Assembly (NCBI GenBank): GCA_002789015.1
Contig: PFSJ01000018.1
Location: forward strand, 1-57,609
Origin: a candidate division WWE3 bacterium CG_4_9_14_0_2_um_filter_35_11
Lineage (GTDB): Bacteria > Patescibacteriota > WWE3 > 2-01-FULL-39-13
Reading direction: 5' to 3'
DNA: 57,609 nt
Numbering within the stretch: the stretch's first letter is position 1; each line of letters starts with the position of its first letter. Under the pieces are notes generated by a model, which was not told the origin of the DNA, did not search any database, and was given only the letters and a program-made list of their open reading frames with translations. The position numbers and the translations under genes were made by a program. Below are positions 48,820-56,320 of this stretch, piece by piece.

Positions 48820-49943
48820 ATAAAAAAAGATTGTTGATGTGTTATCACTCATCAGAATATGGTGGAGTAGAAAAACAAATACTAGATATTATAAAAGGGC
48901 TTTCTGAAAAGATTGAAATTATTGTGGTTTGTCCAGAAGGTCCAATGGTAAAGGAATATTTAAGTGGCGGGGCGATAAAGCATATTGCTTTATCGCCCCG
49001 CCATGAAGCGGATTTGCAGTATGCACTGCAAATCCGCCAACTCATAATTCTAGAAAAAATAGATATCGTACATTCTCATGAACTTTTAACTGGATCTCTT
49101 GCAACTTTTGGTGGGTGGCTTGCTTCATTTAGAAAACCTGTAAAAAGAATTTATCATGTTCATACACCTTTTTCTTGGTGGAGACACAATTTTCTCAAAA
49201 GTTTACCAGCACTTTTCATAAATACATTTGTTAATTTTATTGTCGGTAATATTTTTGCAACGGATGTTTTAGCACTTACTCCATCTATTAAAAGACATAG
49301 AATATTTAATGAATTTATCTCTCCAACAAAAATCAGAGTACTTCCAAATGGAATTGAGAATGAGTACTTCAGTTTTTCGCAATTACAAAGAAATTCCTTT
49401 AGAAAAAAATGGCGCATTCCAGTTGACACATTTGTTATAGGAAATATTTCTCGTTTTACAAAGGAAAAAGGTCATGAAGTTTTAATTAACGCTTTTTCAC
49501 AAATTAAGAAACAAAATCCAGGTAAGAATATGCTTTTGCTTCTTGCTGGTGGAGGAATTCTTTTAAACGAGATAAAGTCTTTATCTAAAAACCTTGGTAT
49601 TTATGAAAGTGTAATTTTTACAGATCAATTTTTAGAATCGGATAAGATTGGAATATTATCTTCAATTGATTTATTTGTATTTCCATCCTATGCCGAAGGC
49701 TTTGGAATTGCTATTCTTGAATCAATGTCTATGGGAATTCCTACAGTAGCTTCTAACCTACCTGTATTAAAAGATGTTGGTGGCGATGCTGTAATTTATG
49801 CGAAAACAGGAGATCCCAGCGATTTTGCGGCTAAAATGAGGGCTATCCCTGATGTTTCATCAGGGGTAGCCCTCCTAAAAAGGGCCGAAGTCTTTTCGAT
49901 GCGAAATTTCATCAAGAATTATTCAGGCCTTTATAACCTATGA
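48816..49943 (+). CDS. GT4-family glycosyltransferase
   Basis: EYGGVEKQILDI, IDIVHSHE, ISRFTKEKGHEVLI, PSYAEGFGIAILESMSMGIPTVASN. Confidence 0.85.
   Translation: MNKKRLLMCYHSSEYGGVEKQILDIIKGLSEKIEIIVVCPEGPMVKEYLSGGAIKHIALSPRHEADLQYALQIRQLIILEKIDIVHSHELLTGSLATFGGWLASFRKPVKRIYHVHTPFSWWRHNFLKSLPALFINTFVNFIVGNIFATDVLALTPSIKRHRIFNEFISPTKIRVLPNGIENEYFSFSQLQRNSFRKKWRIPVDTFVIGNISRFTKEKGHEVLINAFSQIKKQNPGKNMLLLLAGGGILLNEIKSLSKNLGIYESVIFTDQFLESDKIGILSSIDLFVFPSYAEGFGIAILESMSMGIPTVASNLPVLKDVGGDAVIYAKTGDPSDFAAKMRAIPDVSSGVALLKRAEVFSMRNFIKNYSGLYNL
48965..49037. other. twin GC-rich perfect hairpins inside the GT4 gene
   Basis: Hairpin 1 (48965-49003): GGCGGGGCGATAAAGC(a) tat (t)GCTTTATCGCCCCGCC, a 16-17 bp perfect stem plus an outer T-A pair. 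Hairpin 2 (49008-49037): GCGGATTTGCAGT atgc ACTGCAAATCCGC, a 13-bp perfect stem. Confidence 0.9.
49838..49874. other. 17-bp stem (one G-T) / TTT loop hairpin carrying the GGGCTAYCCC core, inside the same GT4 gene
   Basis: GAGGGCTATCCCTGATG ttt CATCAGGGGTAGCCCTC. It is followed by CTAAAAAGGGC, which resembles the spacer-plus-repeat start of the sufS element. Confidence 0.85.
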
Positions 49944-51124
49944 AAATATTATTTCAATCGCGAGTAGATCTTTATAATCCAAGAGGTGGCGATACATTTC
50001 AAATTGAAAAAACAAAATCCGCAATTGAAAAACTTGATCCAAATATAAAAATTGATATTTCATTAAATGTTCATGAAAAGAATATTTCTGATTATGATAT
50101 TGTTCATCTTTTTAATATAGATTGGGTTTGTGAAACTTATATGCAAGCAAAATTTGCAAAGGATCATCATAAGCCGCTTGTTATTTCAGCTATACATCAT
50201 TCATACAAAGAAGTTTTAGATTTCGAAAATTTTGCAAGATATGACATAAGACGAATTTATAATCTTATTGTGAAAAGCCAGCCATTAAGAGATGTTGGCA
50301 AAAATGTGTATCGTAGTTTTTTCAATAGAAAAAAGCTGTACCCGACAATTTTGCAAGTTTTAATGGGTATAAGAAATCAGCAGAGGAAAATTCTTCGCAT
50401 GTCAGATATCGTTTTAGTTCAAACTAAGCAGGAATCTAAAGATTTGATTACTGATTTTGGCGTATCTGATTTTAAATCGGAATTAGTCGTAAACGGCGTA
50501 GATGCTGATATTTTTAATAATGCTTCAAGATCTCCGTTTCAAAAGTTTTTTATGGAAAAATATTCAGTTGATATTTCTAAAAAGAAGGTTTTGTTGAATG
50601 TTGGAAGAGTTGAACCACGAAAAAACCAATTAAATTTAATTAAAGCTTTTGAAATGTTAAAGGAATCGCAAAGTTTTGATGGCTATATTTTAATTTTTGT
50701 AGGAGTTCTCTCAGAACGAAGTCCAGAATATATTTATAGGTTTAATAGTGAAATTAAAAATCATGAAGACATTTTTTATGTTGGAGCTTTACCTCAACAG
50801 ATGTTAGCTTCCGCAATGTCACAAGATGGAATTTATGTTCATCCAAGTTGGTTTGAAACAACAGGCCTTGTTTCTTTAGAGGCTACTTTAGCAGGTATGA
50901 CTCCAGTTGTTTCTGGCGATCGTGTTAAAGAGTATTTGGGTGATTATGGCTATTATTGCGATCCAAAAAGCCCCGAAAGTATAAAGAATGCTATACTAAA
51001 AGCGAGTGAAAGCTCGAAAAATACTGATGTATTAAGAAAGCGTATTCTTCGTGAATTTACTTGGGATAATGCGGCTTTACAAACTATTTTTGTTTATAAA
51101 AGCTTGTTATCTAAATCAAAATAA
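49940..51124 (+). CDS. GT4-family glycosyltransferase
   Basis: NVGRVEPRKNQLNLI, PSWFETTGLVSLEATLAGMTPVVSG. 394 aa. Confidence 0.8.
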   Translation: MKILFQSRVDLYNPRGGDTFQIEKTKSAIEKLDPNIKIDISLNVHEKNISDYDIVHLFNIDWVCETYMQAKFAKDHHKPLVISAIHHSYKEVLDFENFARYDIRRIYNLIVKSQPLRDVGKNVYRSFFNRKKLYPTILQVLMGIRNQQRKILRMSDIVLVQTKQESKDLITDFGVSDFKSELVVNGVDADIFNNASRSPFQKFFMEKYSVDISKKKVLLNVGRVEPRKNQLNLIKAFEMLKESQSFDGYILIFVGVLSERSPEYIYRFNSEIKNHEDIFYVGALPQQMLASAMSQDGIYVHPSWFETTGLVSLEATLAGMTPVVSGDRVKEYLGDYGYYCDPKSPESIKNAILKASESSKNTDVLRKRILREFTWDNAALQTIFVYKSLLSKSK

Positions 51125-54100
51125 ATGGATTACATAATGCTCCTCCCAGCTTTAGCAATTTTCATACTGTCTTTTATTTTAGGAATCAAAAATTTAAGAA
51201 TTTCTTTTCTACTTTTAATAATTTTGACGCCTTTAGTTCATAAAGAGTTATTTAGCCTTGGTGGAATTTGGGATTTGCTCCCTATTAGAGTTGCCTTCGG
51301 TGGTATCGCTTTATCTTCTGTTTATCATTTTTTTGTTTGGGCAAAAAAAGCAGGTTACAAAAGATTTTTACATTCGAGTTTAGAGGCTTTGAAAAAAGAT
51401 CCATTTTTAGTTTTGCTTTTATCTTTGTGGCTGCTTCGACTTTTATGGATCAAAAAATCAGCTTCTTTTGACGAAAGTTTTAAACTGTACATTTTTTATT
51501 CTTCAATTGTTGGCATTTATTTTATTTTTAGAAATTTATATGAAAAGCATGGGTTGAAATTTATAAGAAAGTCTATTGATCTTTATTTAGCCATGGGCTT
51601 TTTTGCGGCCTTAATTGCTGTTTTGCAATTTTATTTAAGGATTTGTTGCAGGTTTAGCGTTGGAGGAGTTTGGGTTGTCCCAGGTTATACTCCTCGTCTC
51701 GGCTCGACTTTTTGGGATGTAAATCATTTTGGCGGTTATTTAGTAACGATGATTCCTATTTTATTTGCAATGTTTTTCATGAAGCACAAAAATAGGTTTG
51801 CTAAATTTTATTACCTTTTTTCAGCATTTTTCCTGTCTGGAATTTTATTTTTCACTCAATCTAGAAGTTCGTGGATGGGACTTGCGGTTGGACTTGGTTT
51901 ATCCTTATTCATATATTATTTTTCAAGTTTAAAAAAGATTTTATATTCGTTTGCGATACTTGTATTAGTCGGAATTGTAGGACTTTTATCGTACACAACA
52001 TACAAACATATTTCCATAAATGAAAAGGTTGCTTCTTTTATGCACTACAGACTTGATTCTACTGACACACATATGCTTCTTTTAGACGGCGCAAGTGAAG
52101 TTTATTTTGATAACTTTTTGATTGGTGCTGGGTATGGAAATTTTGATCACGCATTTAGAGGTACGCCAATATCGGATATCTATTTTAATAGGGAGCCAAA
52201 ACTTAAAGAGATGAAAGTTCCACCTCATAGTGTGTGGGGCGAAGTTTTAGCAGAAACAGGATCAGTAGGTATGACTTTATATGCACTTTTTGCAGGTCTT
52301 ATTTTGGCAAGCCTTGTTGTTTCAATCTTTACGTCTAAATCAAATGATGTGAAATATTTAGGCACTGGTCTTCTTGGTGGCGCCGTTTCCATATTTGTTG
52401 CTGGACTATTTTATTCTTACAATATGGAATTTTATTGGATTTATCTTTTTATATGTATCGGGTTTTCTATTATGACAATTGGTAAGAATCGGAATTTACC
52501 TTATGTTCTAAATTGGTGGTCTAAAAATCCGATTACACCATATTTGATAATCTTGCCTATTTCAGCTTTTTATATTTTCATAAGACTTGGTTCTACGACC
52601 TTAATTGATTGGGACGAAGCCATTTATGCAAAAGTTGCAAAAAATATTGTTTTATCTAACGATTGGTTGACTTTGCATTGGACGGACATGAAAGACTATT
52701 GGTTTGAAAAGCCACCATTTTATATGTGGCTTACGGCTTTAGCATTTAAGATTACAGGATTTAATTCATTCGGTGCAAGAATAGTTTCTGCCACTTTCGG
52801 GATTTTTGGAATAATGGCAACATATAAATTAGGAAGTAAACTTTACAACAAACTAACAGGTATTACTGCATCGTTGATTTTGTTATCAACCGCTCATTAT
52901 TTGTACTATTCACGAAATGGAATGTTAGATGTCACAGCAACATTTTTTATTGTGTTGTCGATATTCTATTTTTATAGAGGGCTGTCGTTGAGCGATAAGC
53001 GAAACGCAGCCCTCATAAGCTGGCTCCTTTCGGGAGCCAGCATCGGCTTCGCCGTTATGACAAAGGGAATCATTGGTTTTATACCACTGCCAATTATTTT
53101 TATTTATTTGTTGGTTTTAGATATAAAAAATCTCAAAAAATATTTGAAACCATTTTTATTCATTGTAATTGGTATTTTATTAATAGCAGGGCCATGGCAT
53201 ATTTACTCATTGATTAAATACGGGAATGATTTCTGGGATACATATTTTATTGATCACATGATTGGTCGTGGACTTTCTGGTTTTGGTCACGAGAAACCGG
53301 TTTTGTGGTTTTTAGATGTAATAAGGACTTCATTTAGAATTTGGATTCTGCCACTTTTTGGTGCTTTGGTTTTGCTTCCATTTTTTGATAAGGATAGAAG
53401 GCAGTATTATCTTCTTCTGATTTCTACTTTTTTTGTTTTAATTTTCTTTTCGGTATCAAAAGATAAATTGCAGTGGTATATAATGCCGATTTATCCGTTC
53501 ATTGCTATTTTGTCTGCACGTTTTATAGAAAGATCTATATATATTCTTAATTCATTTTTAAGAAGTGAAATAAGGTTTGATAATAAATACTCAAGAATTT
53601 TATTAGTATTTTGTGCTTCTTTAGTTGCCATTTTCTATGTAGTAATTATCCGAGATAAAGTTTATTTGTCCGATTTCAATAAGGACAAGGTCGCATTGGT
53701 AGAGATAAATAATAAGAATTATCCAATTGAAGACTATCCAGATCGAAAATTATATTTCAGTAGAATTGAACCTCCTGTGTTGCGTTTTTATAGCGATCAT
53801 GTTGTTAAGTCAGTTGATGAGCCAACTATTTTAAGAATGATAGACGATGCCGGGCCTTTAGAAAACTATAGCTTTTTGGTTCCAGATTCGGTCTATTATA
53901 AATTGCAAAGTAAGGGAGGCAGGATTAAGGCTCCACTAGTTTTAGACATTAAAGGTACGTCTGGAGGTTGGGTATTATTAAAATCTGTTTCTAGGGTAGA
54001 GCTATTGAGATCTCAACTTGAAACGCTCATGTCAAGACATAAGACATTTATTGATAGGTTGATATTGGGCGAAAAATTAACACTACTCGAAAAGATGGCG

Positions 54101-54199
54101 TTTGATGAAATTAATATAGAAATCGCTGATGTATCAACTAAGCTTACGAATTATGGGTATCCACCAGACCCTATAGAAGATCCTTTTTATGTTAAATAA
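51125..54199 (+). CDS. fusion protein: O-antigen-ligase/Wzy_C-like N-terminal half + ArnT/PMT_2-like GT-C C-terminal half + soluble C-terminal domain
   Basis: N half: FTQSRSSWMGLAVGLG and PPHSVWGEVLAETGSVG (Wzy_C-like). From about aa 465: LIDWDEAIYAKVAKNI...WFEKPPFYMWLTALAF...GARIVSATFGIFGIMATYKLG...GFAVMTKGIIGFIPLP (ArnT/PMT_2-like). 1024 aa. Confidence 0.7.
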   Translation: MDYIMLLPALAIFILSFILGIKNLRISFLLLIILTPLVHKELFSLGGIWDLLPIRVAFGGIALSSVYHFFVWAKKAGYKRFLHSSLEALKKDPFLVLLLSLWLLRLLWIKKSASFDESFKLYIFYSSIVGIYFIFRNLYEKHGLKFIRKSIDLYLAMGFFAALIAVLQFYLRICCRFSVGGVWVVPGYTPRLGSTFWDVNHFGGYLVTMIPILFAMFFMKHKNRFAKFYYLFSAFFLSGILFFTQSRSSWMGLAVGLGLSLFIYYFSSLKKILYSFAILVLVGIVGLLSYTTYKHISINEKVASFMHYRLDSTDTHMLLLDGASEVYFDNFLIGAGYGNFDHAFRGTPISDIYFNREPKLKEMKVPPHSVWGEVLAETGSVGMTLYALFAGLILASLVVSIFTSKSNDVKYLGTGLLGGAVSIFVAGLFYSYNMEFYWIYLFICIGFSIMTIGKNRNLPYVLNWWSKNPITPYLIILPISAFYIFIRLGSTTLIDWDEAIYAKVAKNIVLSNDWLTLHWTDMKDYWFEKPPFYMWLTALAFKITGFNSFGARIVSATFGIFGIMATYKLGSKLYNKLTGITASLILLSTAHYLYYSRNGMLDVTATFFIVLSIFYFYRGLSLSDKRNAALISWLLSGASIGFAVMTKGIIGFIPLPIIFIYLLVLDIKNLKKYLKPFLFIVIGILLIAGPWHIYSLIKYGNDFWDTYFIDHMIGRGLSGFGHEKPVLWFLDVIRTSFRIWILPLFGALVLLPFFDKDRRQYYLLLISTFFVLIFFSVSKDKLQWYIMPIYPFIAILSARFIERSIYILNSFLRSEIRFDNKYSRILLVFCASLVAIFYVVIIRDKVYLSDFNKDKVALVEINNKNYPIEDYPDRKLYFSRIEPPVLRFYSDHVVKSVDEPTILRMIDDAGPLENYSFLVPDSVYYKLQSKGGRIKAPLVLDIKGTSGGWVLLKSVSRVELLRSQLETLMSRHKTFIDRLILGEKLTLLEKMAFDEINIEIADVSTKLTNYGYPPDPIEDPFYVK
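52977..53041. other. twin GC-rich hairpins inside the ArnT-like half of the fusion gene
   Basis: Hairpin A (52977-53014): outer GAGGGCTG/CAGCCCTC, inner CGTT/AACG and GC/GC. Hairpin B (53019-53041): GCTGGCTCC tttcg GGAGCCAGC, a 9-bp perfect stem. By hand count 39 of 65 nt are G/C. Confidence 0.85.
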
Positions 54200-56300
54200 A
54201 ATTTCTAAATATTTAATTTATCTGTTAGTAATCTCAATTCCATTTACGCATAAGGAAATGTTTTCGATTTTTGATCCTGATCTTGTTATTTCAAAGTTTT
54301 TTTTAATTTTAGTTTCTGTTTTGGGAATATTTTATTTCTCAAAAAATTATAGTTTATATTTAAAAGATAAATTGTTTGTGTTTCTCTCCTTGATTGTCCT
54401 TTTTCAACTGTTAAGCCTTCTTCAAAGTCGCGACATTATGAATTCGATTAGAATGATATTTTTTCAAGGAGCGATTTTATTTTCATATCCAACATTTAAA
54501 GAATATATAATTTCAGAAAAAGGGAGTATCTCGAGGTTGGTCAATGTTTATAAATACACATTTTTATTTGTTTTTGCGTTTTTACTTTATCAAATGTATT
54601 TGCAGGAAACAAAAGGCATTGCAACAGGTGGAGTTTGGCCAGTCCCTGGATATCCAACAAGGTATGGTTCTGTATTTTGGGATGTAAATCATTTTGCGGC
54701 TTATCTTTCATCTTTATTTTTTATTGTTTTGGCAAGTTTGTTGGCTACAAAAAAGCGGGCGGGAAAATACTTTGATTTTGTGCTAATTATCCTAATTGGT
54801 ATTTCGCTATATTTTACAAGCTCAAGAAGTGCAACGATCGGATTTGCATTTGGACTTTTATCGTTCATGTATATTTATATTGGAATTTATAAAAAGATTA
54901 GATTTAAATTTGGAACATTTACTTGGGCCGGAATTGCTATAACTTTTGTTACATTACCTTTGTCTATTTTATATCTATTTCAGGATATAATTAGGCAATC
55001 ATTTTTATATAGATCTGTATCATTTTTTTCTCATCTTTTTTTAATGAAAGTTGGAATTAATGTTGGACTTGAAAACTTTTTGTTTGGAATAGGAACGAAT
55101 TCATTTCACGCTTATTTTCATACATCAAAGTGGGCAAATGCTTATTACTATATAGATAAAGCGGCATTAAGTTATAAGTTGCCACTTCACAATTTATGGC
55201 TTGAGGTCTTTGCCGAAACTGGTGTTTTTGCATTAATTTGCTTTATTTTGTTTTGGGTTTTGTTACTTTACATGCTTTCTAGATCAGTTTCGGCAAAGAC
55301 CCTAAATCTTACTTCAGTCGGTTTTTTTGCAGGTATAATTTCATTTTTAGTAGGTGGGGTTATGTATTCATATAAATCTGAATTCTTTTGGATTTACGTC
55401 GTGATTGCGTGTGCTTATGTAACGTATCACTTCAAAAATATTGATTTAAAACTGCCGACATTTAATCTACCGACACTTTATTCTTTTGCTACTTATGTTT
55501 TTATAGGGGTCTCTTTTTTGTTGCCACTTTTTTATCTTATGTCTCCTATAACTTATGATGAGATGTTAATAATTTATTCAGAAAAAAGTCTGTATTTTTT
55601 AGATTTGTTTAGATATATTTTAGGAAATTTTTCGTTTACGGATAGATCTTTTTCTTTGATTTTTTATATCGGTAGCATTTTACTTTTGTTCGGAATCTTT
55701 AGAAAGACGTGCAAGGGAAAAAGAGCACTTGTTTCAACGGCTATTGCTTTTAATTTGATTAATATTTTTGTTCCTGGTGTTTATGTTTCAACGAAATGGA
55801 TTGTTTGTTTTTTTGTTTTAGTTCTTATGTCGTTTGGAATGAAGTTTTTGAAGCTTACGGGTCATTTTGTTTGTCATTTGAAGTGGGCAAATAAATCAGT
55901 TTATGCGTTTGTTTTGATTTTGTCTTTTTTGCTAGCGATGTTTTCTGCAAATTCATATAGCAAGAAGTATTCGTATGATAGTGATTTGTCTTTTTTGCTT
56001 GAGCTTGCATCGAATCGATTGCTTTTTGAGAAGTCTTCTATTTGGGTTGATTCAAGCGTTGATTTGCCTTTGGCTCATTATTATTGCGATTCTATGAGTA
56101 AGAAGGATGGTGTTTTTAGCCTGAATTCATGTGATATTAATGTTTTGAACAAGAACGCTATTTCTGTCGCAAATGCTCCAAAGCTAATTATTATTGGCAA
56201 GTCTGATTTTATTGATAAGATTTCTATTCTCGGCGATGAGTTTCATCATGGCGAGAATTATTTAAAAAGCGGCGAGTATATGATGTCGGTTTTGGATTAG
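54189..56300 (+). CDS. O-antigen-ligase/Wzy_C-like polytopic membrane protein with extra C-terminal TM and soluble region; paralog of the N-half of 51125..54199
   Basis: GGVWPVPGYPTRYGSVFWDVNHF (compare GGVWVVPGYTPRLGSTFWDVNHF), FTSSRSATIGFAFG, PLHNLWLEVFAETGVFA. Confidence 0.65.
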   Translation: MLNKISKYLIYLLVISIPFTHKEMFSIFDPDLVISKFFLILVSVLGIFYFSKNYSLYLKDKLFVFLSLIVLFQLLSLLQSRDIMNSIRMIFFQGAILFSYPTFKEYIISEKGSISRLVNVYKYTFLFVFAFLLYQMYLQETKGIATGGVWPVPGYPTRYGSVFWDVNHFAAYLSSLFFIVLASLLATKKRAGKYFDFVLIILIGISLYFTSSRSATIGFAFGLLSFMYIYIGIYKKIRFKFGTFTWAGIAITFVTLPLSILYLFQDIIRQSFLYRSVSFFSHLFLMKVGINVGLENFLFGIGTNSFHAYFHTSKWANAYYYIDKAALSYKLPLHNLWLEVFAETGVFALICFILFWVLLLYMLSRSVSAKTLNLTSVGFFAGIISFLVGGVMYSYKSEFFWIYVVIACAYVTYHFKNIDLKLPTFNLPTLYSFATYVFIGVSFLLPLFYLMSPITYDEMLIIYSEKSLYFLDLFRYILGNFSFTDRSFSLIFYIGSILLLFGIFRKTCKGKRALVSTAIAFNLINIFVPGVYVSTKWIVCFFVLVLMSFGMKFLKLTGHFVCHLKWANKSVYAFVLILSFLLAMFSANSYSKKYSYDSDLSFLLELASNRLLFEKSSIWVDSSVDLPLAHYYCDSMSKKDGVFSLNSCDINVLNKNAISVANAPKLIIIGKSDFIDKISILGDEFHHGENYLKSGEYMMSVLD
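55205..55301. repeat. 17-bp perfect inverted repeat flanking a 63-nt segment inside the ligase-like gene
   Basis: GGTCTTTGCCGAAACTG (55205-55221) is the exact reverse complement of CAGTTTCGGCAAAGACC (55285-55301). Confidence 0.9.
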
Positions 56301-56320
56301 TTTAATATCGGATATTAAAC
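56300..56320. terminator. 21-nt perfect palindrome spanning stop codon to stop codon of convergent genes (candidate bidirectional terminator)
   Basis: GTTTAATATC g GATATTAAAC. It begins in the TAG of the + gene and ends in the CTA (TAG on the minus strand) of the - gene. The stem is AT-rich and there is no clear U-tract. Confidence 0.4.

Noticed and set aside
48845-49045. 66-aa minus-strand ORF across the twin hairpins.
   Set aside because: It is produced by the palindromic symmetry of the hairpins inside a clearly coding GT4 gene, so it is not an independent gene.
55205-55301. A firm call of a recombinase-driven invertible phase-variation switch.
   Set aside because: There is no recombinase gene in the window and no evidence of the alternative orientation. 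I keep it only as one hypothesis for the 17-bp inverted repeat.
55441-55475. Direct repeat CCGACA...CCGACA encoding LPTFNLPTL.
   Set aside because: It is a short 6-nt repeat reflecting a repeated LPT tripeptide, with no higher-order structure.
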